NCBI GenBank assembly: GCA_013265495.1
Contig: MU057584.1
Location: 124,001 to 184,284, forward strand
Source of the DNA: Vicugna vicugna
Taxonomy: Eukaryota
Direction of reading: 5' to 3'
DNA length: 60,284 nt
Both the position numbers and the translations under genes were made by a program. Positions 37,570-50,526 of the stretch are shown here, one piece after another. The notes beneath the pieces are model-generated. The model was not told the origin of the DNA. It made no database searches and was given only the letters and a program-made list of their open reading frames with translations. Every line of letters begins with the position of its first letter. Positions within the stretch are counted from its first letter, which is position 1.

Positions 37570-39810
37570 ATCATGTGCATTTCATTGGTTTTTGATGGCA
37601 TGTTCTAGAAATGTAGATGAGGTCGAGTTGGTTAACAGTATTGTTCAGGTAAGAATAATCAGTTTTGTATTCTTACTGAGTTTTGGTCTGCTTGCTCTAC
37701 GGACTAGAAGAGAGTTGCAATCTCCACATGTAATTGCGGAGTTCTCTATTCTTTCAGTCGTCAGGTCTTCTTCACGTAGTTTGAAGCTCTGTTGTTTTCA
37801 GGATGCATATTTAGGACTGTCGTGTATACTTGGTGAGTCGACCCTTGGTGTAGCGTCCCTATTTACCCATGGTGATAGTCCTTGTTCTGAAGTCTACTTT
37901 ACCTGATACTCACATAGTCACTCCAGCTTTCTTCTGATTGGTGGTTGCCTGGTACCTTTTTTAAAAAAAAATCTTTTTAACTTTCCACCTATCTATATCC
38001 CTGATGTAAGGATATCCAAAGTGGGGTTCCTTTAGATAGCATATACTCGGTTTTTGTTCTTTATCTGATCATATAATTTCTTTTAATTAATCTATGTAGG
38101 TCACTAGCATTTCATGTAATTTTTATCTTCATACACAGAGGTGGGAAAACCACCCAGCTGTCACGTAATTTTTAACATGGCTGGATTTAAGTCTACCATT
38201 TTATTATTTTTTTCCCCTGTTTTTCCTTCCTAATTTTCTTCTTCTATTACTTTTTCCTGCCTTCTTTTAGGTTTTTTTTTTTTAAGTATTCAATTCATTT
38301 TAATTTATCTATTAGTTTTTGGCTATTATTACCCGAGTTGCTTTTTTTTTCCTCTAGGGTTGCAATATACATACCTAATCTTTCACAGTGTACTTACTGT
38401 TATTATGTTACCAATTCCCCCTTTATGTATTACTTATTGTATGTATTACTTATTGTATGTATTACTCTATATACAATACTCTAGTCAGGAAGTTATAATT
38501 TTTACTTTAAACAATTGCATTTTTAAGAGGAGAAAAACATTATTTTACACGTACCAAAAACCTTACTATTTCTGTTGTTCTTTCTTCACTTCTGAAGTTC
38601 CTAGTTTCCATTTGGCACCAAGCCTAAAGAATTTCCTTTGGCACTCCAGTTTTGCATAGGTAGGACATTTTTTCCCCTTCATTCCTGAAGGAAATTTTCA
38701 GTGGATACATACTTTGAGTTGACAATTCCTTTAAGAACACCAAAGATGTTGTTCCAATGTTTCCTGATCTTCATAGTTTCCGATGAGAAATCTGCAGACA
38801 TATGAATCACTGTTCTACCATATATAATGTGTCATTTCCAGGGGTGGAAAGGTTGTAACATCTGCAAGTCAATCTCTTCATCTACTTAGAAGCAGCAGCC
38901 CAAAGTGCTCAGTGGCTGAAATGAAACCAAATGACTAGACTAAAAGAGACCACTGTGTACTCTAGGTATGCTCAAGAATCTTTATCTTTAATTTTCAGAA
39001 GCTTGATTATGATGTATCCAGAAATAATTTTCTTTGAATTGGCTATATTTGGTATTCACTGAGCTTCCTGAATCTGTAAATGTACATCTCTCACCAAATT
39101 TGGGGAGTTTTCAGCATGACTTCCACATAAATATTCCTCTCCTCTCCTCCTGCGACTCCAATAACATGCATATTAGACTTTTAATATTATCTCACAAATC
39201 CTTAAGGCTCCACTCATTTTTTTCAATGTTTTTTCTCTCTGTTGTTCAGATTGCACTATTTATAATCATTTATCTTCAAGTTCATTGATTCTTTCCTTTG
39301 TCATCTTCAGTCTGCTATTGAGCCCACCAAATTAACTTTTTATCTCAGGCATTGCATTTTTCATTAAACAAACATTAATTTATAAGAATTTTAAGTATTT
39401 TTCTCAACTATAATAGAATTAAACGAGAAATGAATAACAAAAAGCTATATGGACAATCTCCAAACTTTTAGAAATTAAACAGCATACTTCTAGGAACCAG
39501 TGGACCAAAGTCACAATAGAGCATATGTTGAATGGACTCAAAATGAAGAGGCAACATATCAAAATGTATGAGATGCAGCCCAAACAGATATTTTAGAAAA
39601 AATACATCCAATGACTTATATGTTAAAAAAGAAGAAGGGTCTTAAGTCCATCATCTAAGCTAAGAACTAGGAAAGAAAGGGCAAATAAAGTAAACCTAAA
39701 ACAAACAGAAAAAAAGGAAATAATAAACATATGACAGAAATCAATAAATCCAAAATAAACATGAAACATAAAACAATGTAACTGAAAATACAAAAACAAC
39801 AGACAAAATC
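37570..39810. mobile_element. Old L1 fragments (minus ~37570-39360, plus ~39400-39810)
   Basis: T-rich then A-rich degraded ORF1/ORF2-like sequence. Confidence 0.65.
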
Positions 39811-41560
39811 AGGATTGGCAAAATATGGCCACTATACAGGTCCACTGGTTATTTCTATATAGGCTGTGAACTAATAATGATTTTTACCATTCTTTGAGAT
39901 GAACTAACACTGATTTTTTTTTTTAATGGTTGGGGAAAAAAAAGTCTTAAGAATATTATTTTATGACACAAGAAAATTACATGAAATTCAAATGTCAGTG
40001 TTCATAAAGTTTTACTGGAACACTGCCATGCTCATTTGTTTATGTACTGCCTCTAGTTGCTTTCACACTACAGCAGCAGAGTTGTGTAGTTGCAACAGAG
40101 ACAGTGTGTGCCCCTCTCATTTCTCTGTACTGTGGCTAAGCAGAATACAAATCACAGTGACCCAGCTGCAGCTCAAGGGTGCTTCAAGTACCACATGTAT
40201 TGACAAGTATCACATGTATTGATATACCACAACATTTTGATTTTTTTTGTTACTAGCACATACTCATCATGTCAAAACGAGAAGAGAAAAACAGACTTCA
40301 AATGTTGCACTTTCAAGGCACACTGGAAGTAAAATATTTTGTTACTGAATGAGATGGCAAAGCCTTTTGCTTTTTATGTGGTAACAACACAGCTCTGCTA
40401 AAAGAGTACAGTATTTGTCAATATTATCAGACTAAGCATTCATCACAAATATGCTCAACTCACAGGAAAGCACTGGGCAGAAAAATTAGAAAATTTTTAA
40501 TGAAATGTCTCATTAGAACAGAAATTCTTCAAAAAAATAAATAAAAATGAAGCTGCAACCAATGTAAGTATTGGATATTCAAATATTCAGCTTCTATTTC
40601 TGACCCCAGCAAATAAAGCAATTTACTAGTTAATTAAATCATGCTTGATTGTAGCAGCCAAAGAAATATGTCCAGAGACAATAAACTCTTTAAAGATTAT
40701 TAGACTTTGGGCAACAATGGTTGCTCAAAGAGTTGAATACAATGGGAACAACATTATAGTCAATTAAAATACAAGGGAAATAATTCTGATAAATTTGGGG
40801 GGGGAGGGCTCTTCATAATTCAACATATATCACAAACGTTGCTCAGTAACTGTTTATTTAAGGATTCAATGCCAATTTGAAGTGAGTAATTAAAAAGCCT
40901 CTAGGAACAGTCTGAGCTGGAACAACTACAAGTGAAAATATTTTCAAAGAAGTTGAAAAGATACTAATTCAATACAACCCGAAGTGTAATCTTCTGGAAT
41001 GTGTTAAAACTGATTACAAATTTATAAAGCTTATAACAGTGTAAGTGTTTAAAGCCTATGGTTATTCACTGCATTATTCATCAGCAGATACCCTGCAGAA
41101 AATATTTTAATATATCACGTACTAGTGAAGTAGCAGCATCATCAGTGAACTTCACCTTCTCTCATGGACTTCATCATCATCAGTTTCGTGAATTTGTGTC
41201 AGAAACAGACGCTGAATATCCTGACTTGCCTTACCACACAGCAGTTCCATGGCTGAGCAGCAGTAAAGTTTTATTGTGATTTTTTAAATCTCAGGGTTTC
41301 TGAATGAGAAAGCTGCCTCCACCACTATTATCAGATACTGAATGGCTTTGGAAATTAGCTTTAGCTCCCAGCTTCATGACCTTTCTTAATGAATTCAACC
41401 TATAAGTAGAAGGCAAAAAGAGCACTTATACTGTAATAAAGTCATTTCAATAACAACTGATTTTGTTTGAATCACAAGTAATGCTAAGCTACTTTATAAA
41501 TTTCCATTGAGGTCAAAAGTTAAAACAAGGAAGATTTCTGGTCCCATACGAATTTGTAGT
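39810..41560 (+). mobile_element. Cheshire/Charlie-family hAT transposon with decayed transposase
   Basis: MER58B-like 5' end; ORF 41058-41279 has IHCIIHQ (hAT CxxH) and YHTAVPWLSSSKVL (decayed RW motif). Confidence 0.8.
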
Positions 41561-41829
41561 GTGATGATGCAACTGCCAAAACTCACAGCATTTTACACTA
41601 AAAATACTTCTGCATACAGGTTAAACAACAAATGTTGAAAAATTAAATGAGGCTGTTTAACGAGCACTTGTCCAATCTTAAAGTGTATAGTGATCACCTG
41701 GTTTCTATTAAAAGGAAGATCCTTGATCCTACCCCCTCAAAATTCTAAATAATTTGGTTTGGGAATAGATCCAAGGATCTGCCTTTATATACAGCTCCCA
41801 ATTGCTGATGCTGCTTGAAAGTAGCCAGA

Positions 41830-43830
41830 GAAAAACAATGCATTACCTACAGGGGTACAATGACTTGAATGAATCCATATTTCTCATTAGAAACCATGGA
41901 GACAAGAAGAAAACGGCATTATACTTTTAAAGTAGTGAAAGAAAAGAATTGTCAAAGCAGAATTGTATACTAAGGACATAGCTTAGAAAAATATTCAGGA
42001 ATGAAGGTGAAATAATGATATTCTCAGATGAACTAAGAATTCATAGGGAGCAGACTTGCTCTAAACGGACTAGTAAAGGAAAATTTTCAAAGGAAATGAG
42101 AGAAAGATATTTGCATTATCAGGAAGGAGGAGCAACAGAACAGTAAATGTTCAGGAAAATATGACATTTCTCTTGAGTTCTTTACAATATATTTTGCTGT
42201 TGGAAGCAAAAATTAAAACACCAATAGGGTTTTCAAAGTGTAAACATGCAATACATAACAACTAGAGCACAAAGGTAATGCATTCTTTTTCTCTGACTGC
42301 TTTCTAGTTTCTTTCTTTGTCTTTAGTTTTCAGTGGTTTGATTATGATGTGCCTGGGCTTGGATTGCTTTGAGTTTATCCTGTTTTGGATTTGTTCAACT
42401 TATTAGAAGAAATCTCTAACGTACACTTAAGATACTAGAAGACAGAAGCGAAATAAAGCCAAGCCAAGCAAAAGAAAGGAAATAATAATGTTAAAAGTAG
42501 AAATCAATGAAATTGAAGTTTTTAATTTTTTTTTACAATAACAAAAACTCTAGCAAGAATGGCAAAGAACAAAAGAGAGATAACAAAAGTTACCAATATT
42601 AGGAATGAAAGAGTAGATATCACTACTTCCAGTAGGAAATATGAGAAAATCTTCCTGATTTGGAGTTAGGCAGAGTTCCTAGATATGAAAAGCAGAATTC
42701 ATAAAAGAAAACACTGACAGATAAAACTTCATTGAAATTACAATCTTTTGCTCTGCAAAAGACACTGTTAAGAGAATGAAAAGACAAGCTATAAGCAGAG
42801 AAGAAATATCTACAAATCACATATCTGATAAAGGACTAATATCCAGAATATATGAACAACTCTCAAAAATCAACAATAATGAAAACACAACCCAATTACC
42901 CAATTTAAAACTGGGCCAAACATATAAACAAACAACTTAGCAAAGTCAATTAAGCTGAAGAAAAGGTATATCTCTTGAACATCTTTTAAATTAAAGTCAC
43001 AATGAGATACCAACACATGCCTACTGTAATGGCTAAAATTTTTTAAAAAGGCAATACTAAATGCTGACAAGGATGTGGAACAAGTGGAAGTCTCCTATAC
43101 CATTAATGGGAATGCAAAAGGGTAGATCCCCTAGAGAACAGTTCGGCTGCTTCTTACAAAGTGAAACAGGTATTTTCCACATGACTCAGCAATCCCATTC
43201 CTGGTTATGAATTAACCAGAGAAATAAATACAAAATCTTATACACAAATGTTTACAGCAGCTTATTCATAACTGCTAAAAACTAGAAACATTTGAAATAT
43301 TCTTCAACAGGTGAATGGATAAACTATGGTATATCCATAATGTAATACTAACCAGTAATAAAAACAAATGAAGTACGGGGGGAGGGTAGTTCAGTTGTTA
43401 GAGCACATGCTTAGCATATATGAGGTCTTGAGTTCAGTCCTCAGTACCTCCATTAAAAAATAAACAAACAAATAAATATACAAATCTAAGTACCTTCCCA
43501 AACAAAAACAAAACAAATGAAGTACTGATACACACAACAACTTGGAAGAATGTCAAAGGCATTATGCTGAGTGAAAGAACCCAGTCTTAGAAGATAACAG
43601 ACGGTACAAGTCCACTTACATAACATTTTTGAAAAGACAAACCTACAGAGTTATAGTGGTTGCAGTGAGGGATGATTATAAAAGGAAAATAGAAGGGGAA
43701 TTTTGGGGGGTGATGGAACTGTTCCGTACCTGACAACAGTGGTGATTATACAAATCCTTACCTGTGGTAAAATTAATAGAACTGTACCCACGAAAGGAAA
43801 AAATCAGTCAATTTTACTGAATGATAATTG
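41830..43830 (+). mobile_element. Old L1 fragments (ORF1, ORF2 3' end, 3' UTR)
   Basis: caaatcacatatctgataaaggactaatatccagaatatat, aatgctgacaaggatgtggaacaa and similar L1 text. Confidence 0.8.
43377..43509 (+). mobile_element. Vic-1-like SINE inserted in L1
   Basis: Perfect 16-bp TSD aaaacaaatgaagtac at 43361-43376 / 43510-43525. Confidence 0.9.
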
Positions 43831-44169
43831 GTTTAAAAAAAAACTGCTTCTCATTTGTAAAATGAGGGTAATGATAGATTTGCTAATGAGAAATAAATTA
43901 ATAACTGTAAATCACTGGAAACACTGCCTAGTTGTAAAACACAAGTAACAATAAATGTTAATTATCGTTCCTATCAATGTGTTTCTTAGGAACTTTGTCT
44001 TAGATCATGAAAATAATTGTTCATAAGCTTTTCAGTAATCTGAGAGATGGTGGAATACAATTAAATTGCAAATGGCTAAAAAAAAAAAAAGTCAACAAAA
44101 ACTCAGTTTTCAACGCCTCTACAAAAATCCAAACATGCATTCTCAACCTGACATTAAACACATTAAGAA

Positions 44170-44400
44170 CTAAAGCAGCAGATTGAAACTACCTAAATTT
44201 AAATCCCAGCTAAGCCTGTTACCAGCTGTGTGACCCAGGATAAACAACTTATGCTGTCTTTGACTCAATTTCCTCATCTTCAACATGGGAATAACAGTAT
44301 CCCCAGCTCCCACAGGGCTCTTGTGAGGACTAAATATGTTTCAGTCATACAAAACTCCTAGAATAATGTTTCCACTAAATGTTTAAATAGTATCATTATT
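44170..44400 (+). mobile_element. MIR SINE
   Basis: aaatcccagct..taccagctgtgtgacc...ctcaatttcctcatct. Confidence 0.7.
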
Positions 44401-45074
44401 ACTTATGCCCAAATACTCCCCCATCCCTTTCTGCATTTATCCAATAAATAACAGGTCAACTTTGTAGCAGAAGCATTTGCCCAGGAGTGAAGGAGTATCT
44501 TCTCCCCTGAGAAGAGATGACATAAGAGGAAGAAGGATGCTAAGTCCTACTCAGGTGAGGCTCTGCTGCCTGGAGCCAAAGGGTCATTCCCTTCTCGCTG
44601 CAGCCTTTTTCAAGAAGTCAAGGCTGGGAAAGGAAAGGAGGCTGGGAGAAATCAGAACTTCATCAGCATTCCCGCATAAATTACTGTGGACGTCCCAGAC
44701 AACAGCTAGGAGTCACCTCCTCCAAAAGTTAAAATTTAAATAAAAAAAAAATCATGAGGTATTAGGGTACAGCCCCGCTTCCTTCAGGGAATCTGAGATG
44801 CGCCAGGCACACTGCTGCAGGAGGTCTGACTCCATCCCAAGTTTCCAGAAGCTTTCAGGGAATTGAGCGCTTCTTGGGAAATTAAAAAATACTAGTAACA
44901 AGAGGAGTATTTTTTAACCACAAGCCAGCCCCTGTTCTAAGTCTTTTCCTGTATCTTCTCATTTAACTCTCAAAATAGCCTTATTAGGCAGACACATTTA
45001 ACGCCAACTTTAAAGAAGAGTAAACAGGCAGAGACGTGTAGATACTCGCCGAATACTGTACTGTTAGGAAGCAG

Positions 45075-45790
45075 CAGCGCGGGCTGGTGGTCGGGGAAAG
45101 GGTCGGGAAAGTACAGAACCCAGGAGCCCCTCAACCCCAGCGACGTACGGCCCCGGCCCGGGCCCTAAACCCGGGATGCTCCAAACGCCCCACGCTCCAA
45201 CAGGCTCATTCAAAGCGAGCATCAACCCGCCCTTTGCCGCAGGCGGATTCCTTCCCCAAGCTTGAGGGCTGGGTAGCTACGGGCCCACAACAAAGCGAAG
45301 AAAGGTCAGTGTGGACGTTGCGGGAGAAGGGCCCGGCGAGGGGAGGGCTCACCTTTCAGAGAGGAACGAAGGCCGCGGCCTCGCGTACCTGGGCCGGAAG
45401 TGACTCTGGCTACAGAGACCTCCTGGACTACGCTTCCCAGAATTCCAGTAGGGAGCAGGGACACAGCCTCGGCCTCCTGTAGCGGAAGTTACCCAAATAC
45501 GGTGTTCCCGGACTACACTTCCCAGAATTCCCAGGCAGTTCGTCGCCTTCCTAGGGCGGAAGGGCTGGCTGCTGTACTCAGTCTTGACTGTATTTCACAG
45601 CCTCCTGGTCCGGAATGAATTCCGAAACGCAGCCTTCTTGGAGCCGAAATGCTTCCAAACTTAGAGCGCTCTACCATATACTTCTGTGTTTTCTCCAGCA
45701 GAGCATGCATTAAAGGTGTCTTTTTGGAGCGCAACTGTCTGATGCTTTCAATCTTCTGAACTACAATTCCCGAATCTCCTGCGGGGCAGC
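45075..45790 (-). promoter_or_regulatory. ZNF112: CpG-island promoter and first non-coding exon of ZNF112
   Basis: CpG-dense. ETS/GABPA site CCGGAAGTG at 45394-45402. ZNF143(SBS)-type ACTACnnTTCCC motifs at 45427-45446, 45512-45531 and 45760-45771. Minus-strand donors AAG|gtgagc (exon end 45353) and CAG|gtacgc (exon end 45389). Confidence 0.85.
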
Positions 45791-46039
45791 CCTTTCCCTT
45801 TTCGGTAGTAAGTATTTGGATAAGCGGTATTGTCTTCAGGATAGTCAGTATAAATCAACTCTATACTGTTAGTCGAGCTTGGCCCTCTCCCTTTTTTCTT
45901 TCTTTTCTTTCTTTCAAACGTGAATATAAACAAAGCAAACTCAACCAAAGCAAATTCTGTTTACCTACCCACCTACCCATTCCAAGAAACTACCCCATAA
46001 ATAGAGACTAGAGAGGCTTGAAATACGAAAAAAGAAGAG

Positions 46040-46800
46040 AGTGTGGGAAAAAAGGAAACTTCCTATGCTGTTGGTAGGAATGTAATATTGGTGCAGCCAT
46101 TATGGAGAACAGTATGGAGATTCTTTTAAAAACTGAAGACAGACTTACTTTAAGATCCAGCAATCCCATTCCTGGGCACATATCTGGAATAAATAATTCA
46201 AAGAGATACATGCACCCCAGTGTTCACAGCAGCACTATTTACAATAGCCAAGACATGGAAGCAACCTAAATGTCCACTGACAGATGACAGGATAAAGAAG
46301 ATGTGGTATAAAAGCAAAATTCAGTTAAGGTGTTCAAAAGCAGGTGTGGAACAGTTGAATATAAATAAAAACAATAATAAAAGTCAATATTTTAAAAGCT
46401 AAAAAAAAAGATGTGGTATATTTATACAATGGAATACTACTCAGACATAAAATAAAATAATGCCATTTACAGCAACATGGATGGACCTGGAGATCGTCAT
46501 ACTAAGTAGCCAGAAAGAGAAAGAAAAATGCCATATGATATCACTTATATGTGGAATCTTAAAAAAAAAAAGACGCAAATGAACTTACTTACCAAACAGA
46601 AACAGACTCACAGACATAGAAAACAAACTTATGGTTACTAGGGGTAAAGGGGGTGGTAAGTGATAAATTGGGAGTTCGGGATTTGCAGATATGAACTACT
46701 GTATATAAAATGGATAAACAACAAGGTCTTACTGTATAGCACTGAGAACTATATTCAATACCTTGTAATGGCCTATAATGAAAAGGTGTATATATATATA
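46040..46800 (+). mobile_element. Lineage-specific L1 3' end, 5'-truncated
   Basis: MFTAALFTIAKTWKQPKCP ORF2 C-terminus, then 3' UTR (acagactcacagacatagaaaacaaac); similar to 58617-59404. Confidence 0.9.
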
Positions 46801-47204
46801 TTTTCCCTATAAATATTAAACCATGATTACTCTGAATTTCACCTCTCACTTACCCTTTTACTATATTTATATTGCCTTATTGATAGTAGGTAATCTCATC
46901 CAGCTGAAAATTATCCCCTAGAACAGCAATCTGTCCACATCAGGTGTAAGAAACCTGTTTACCAAGATCTCCCACACCAGGTTTCTGATCACATCTTCCA
47001 GTTTGCCTCTGGGTGTTGAGGCCACTCTTCCAAGTCCTTAATGTCTACAACTATCTACAACTACAACTATCCTGCAAAAGGCTGACTGTCAAAGAGTATA
47101 TTTCTAGAACTTTCTCCCTCATACTATTGAATGACATGAAACTCACTGTCCTCTTTGACCCCACACTCCCACTGAAATGGCTATTACAGTTGTCAACGGA
47201 TCAG

Positions 47205-47925
47205 TCTGTGTCCAATAAGGAGACAGAAACCACACAATGATTTAAAAAGAAGTCTAATAGAAGGAATTATTAAACTTTGAAGAGTAACTATACAATATTT
47301 TAAAACTCTATATAGTACCCTGATGCTGAGAGAGAGTATCAGAGGGAGCACTTAGCTTGGAAGGGACACTCTCTCCCAAAGCCTGGAGTTCAGACTTTAT
47401 GAAGATATAGCTGCAGCCTACTGGATGGCAGAGAAGTTTTCTGTTTTGCCCAAGTCAGAGTTGGTCCCTAGTTGTGGGTCAAGGAGGAAGCAATATTCCA
47501 GGATGTAGGTGGTTCGTAGGCAAGCTGCAACTAGTGGTGGGATGCACGGGCGTGCAGGAGGAGGGGTGGTGCCAACAGCATCATCCATTTGGGGAACAGA
47601 GGAACCACAGCCAGTGACTAGGTACGTGGATGTGTAGAGGGAATGGTTGTGCATGTGTGGGTAGAAAGCCTGGAGTGTGCAAGGCCCAAGTCCAGAGGTC
47701 CAGGGGAAGATGTCCTCGCACCCACTCTACCGACCCATTGAGCAGCTGCTACAAACAGCAGGAGACCTCTTCCTCCCGCAATTTTCTTCTGACATCCTCT
47801 ACTGAGAAAGCTTAATATCATTTACTGCAAAGGAGAAATGCTCAAAGCAATTTCTTTCATTATCACAGAGTATGTACTGAAGGGTGAATTTGGAGCTGAA
47901 AGACAATGAATTAGTAACTGGCATA
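47205..47925 (-). mobile_element. Ancient LTR (LTR78/79-like)
   Basis: ccaataaggagacagaaaccacac...gggtgaatttggagctga resembles the recalled consensus. Confidence 0.45.
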
Positions 47926-49449
47926 CTGCCCCTGGACTTAACTGCAACCACTGCCATCCTGAAGTCCCAGCTGAGGTCAGTAGCTCTGGAAACTTTAGGT
48001 TATATAGGCGTCAAGGATAAGGTCAGCAAGCCAAGGACTGGCCTGAAACACAGCATGATGAACAGACAGACACAAGGAAGGCCATCTAGTGAGAGGACAG
48101 CTGCCTCTCCTATTGGCCCATCTGTAGTAATTACCCATGCAAAGAGCTAACTACAGCCACCATCCAGTGATGGATCAAGCCCATTGCCTTCCATCTCCAG
48201 CAGCCTCTCTCTAAAGCAAATCCTCCATTACTTGAGTTGCTTTCCCCAAACAAGTCACCCTCTCCAGCCTGAGTTCTACTGGCAATCTATCATGGGGAAA
48301 AAACAAAACAAAACAAAACACTGTATAAGAGTTGCTGAGTGTCTAATAGCAAAATTGTTACCTCAAGCATGTGAAGGGAAAATAGCCCCAGGACAGCATT
48401 TCCCATGTTAGGCGTCTCCCCATATGGGTTCAATCCTCTGAACAACTCTTCAAACAACACTGAAAAGTGAAGTGTAGAGTGGGGGAGGGGGTGCTTCCCA
48501 GTGCTGCTCTGCATTCTAAAAATCTTGTGTATCAATCATGGGTCATAGTTTTATATTTTAAAACTTGATTTTTTTTCTCCAAACAATATGTGAAAATTTT
48601 TATAGGTCTAGGTCATTTTTAATGGTGTATGTTACTCCATTATATGGGGATACCATAATTTGCTCACTCTTATTCATGAACCTTTAGTTGATTGTAATTT
48701 TTATTATTGCAAATATTCTTAGAAGATGTTCCCTATTGAAACCATCTTTTCCAACTTGTGCAATTATGTCTTAAAGATAAATCTGAAGCAGGATTAGTGA
48801 TTCAAAGGCAATGCTAATTATACACTTTGATACATATAGACAAAGTTCTCTCCAGAAATGTTATACCTGTTTTTTCCCCCATCAACTTATGTAAGAAAGC
48901 TGAATTTTTACTACTCCCTTACTGACACTGAATTTTGTTCATTGTTCACTACTGCCCACCTGGGTCAGTAAGAAGGTAACACTTCAGGGACGGTTTTATT
49001 TGCATCTGAATGGCTGTTCTGTATACAAATCATAACTAGTATGAAAATGTAATGTACAAAAAACTAGGAATAAAACATGATCCAAATGAAGAAATTTATA
49101 AATAAACTAAGATACAAAAAAAGAGAGACATTATTATTGAAGATGAACAAAGATACTATAAAGGTATCTCCTCCCAAATCCAACTATAACCCCAAACTAA
49201 ATCACAATTTTGGTGGAAACCTGACAAAATGAGCACCTTCTAAAAACTTCTAAAAACATTATTAAACAACACTGCTGATAAACAGTGGTGTCCGAGTCTG
49301 CCAATGAACACTTTCGCCTTTTTTTTTTAGCCCCACCCCCCACCTTGGCCTTCTGTAAGTTGTTACTCACTTCAGTAAATGTTATTTTTACTTGATTTTA
49401 TTAAGACGATTTGTAGGACACCATTTGTTAGTTGCATTTAACATGTGCG

Positions 49450-50460
49450 CTGACAAACTTTTTCACTATACATTGTAGAGTTTCTCAGCTGCACGGGATT
49501 TCTTATGTTGATAGACTGCATTTTTGATAAAGTTGTACTACATGCATATTGTCTGGAATACATCCTTTTTATGTACACACCAATGAATGAAGATTCTCCC
49601 TGAAAAAGTTCTGTCTACACCATTTAAATGCCTGCACTGCCACAGAGAGCCTTAAACATTGAAAAATTCTGAACTCTGAATTACAAGGTTGCTTTCTTAT
49701 GTGGATTCCAGGGAACGTGAAATACGTTGCTATTAAATCCCTCTGTATTAGTCAGCATGGCCTAGGCAATGTTAGTAACAAATAACTGCCAAAGTCTGAG
49801 TAGTGTTAACACAAGAAATGTTTATTTCTCACTTGAAAAAAAAAAAGTCCTACACAGGTCAGATTCCATCATTCCAGTCTGGGACAAACAGCCTCCAATG
49901 CGACAGGAAAGAGAAGCCTGGGGGACCTCACAAGATGTCTGTACGGGGCAGGCCTGGAAGCAGCTTTTATCACTTTTGCTTACACTCCATTGGTTGGAAC
50001 TCAAATCACGTGGGCCCTCGCATAATCCCTTGCCAGGATTCCTAGGAAATGGGGTCTTCCTTCATGCCCAGGAAACAGAGCAAGTCCGATGAATACGTAT
50101 CTCTGTCTCTGCCACATCCTTAAAATATCACGTCTGTAGAGCTTCTCTCCTGTGTGGAGAATCTTACGGTTTTGAAAACATGAGTATGGACTAATTCTTA
50201 CCACACTGGTAGACTAGGTTTCATTTCTGAGCATGCTTTTTGAACATTCTTCACAGAGAGTATTTTTCTAGTGGGGACTCTCTAAAAGCAAATAAAAACT
50301 AAAACACCTAAAGATCATGGCTGGACTGAAGTTCTTGCTGTCCTCACCCCAATTAGAATTTCCTGCCCGGGCTCACCTATTCATAGACATTTGACCTCTA
50401 ACTATTGCCACTGCCACAAATTGCCCCTCTATCAAGAATAACTGTCTTTGCCACCACGGC
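49450..50460 (-). pseudogene. Highly decayed zinc-finger repeats downstream of ZNF285, interrupted by an MLT1-like LTR
   Basis: 50131-50215 reads ...PYSCFQNRKILHTGEKLYR; weaker finger-like traces around 49460-49720. Confidence 0.55.
49744..50115 (-). mobile_element. MLT1-like (MaLR) LTR
   Basis: tgtattagtcag..ctaggcaatg..gtaacaaataac...tttatttctcac...ccattggttggaac...tctctgccaca. Confidence 0.65.
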
Positions 50461-50526
50461 ACATAACCATTGATGGGAGCTTCTGGGCACTCACTGAGAT
50501 CCACAGGAGTTTCCTGGAATGCTCTT

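Noticed and set aside
38425..38466. 16-nt tandem duplication (tatgtattacttattg), with similar ones at ~34880-34921 and ~3126-3185
   Set aside because: Ordinary slippage duplications in AT-rich or repeat DNA.
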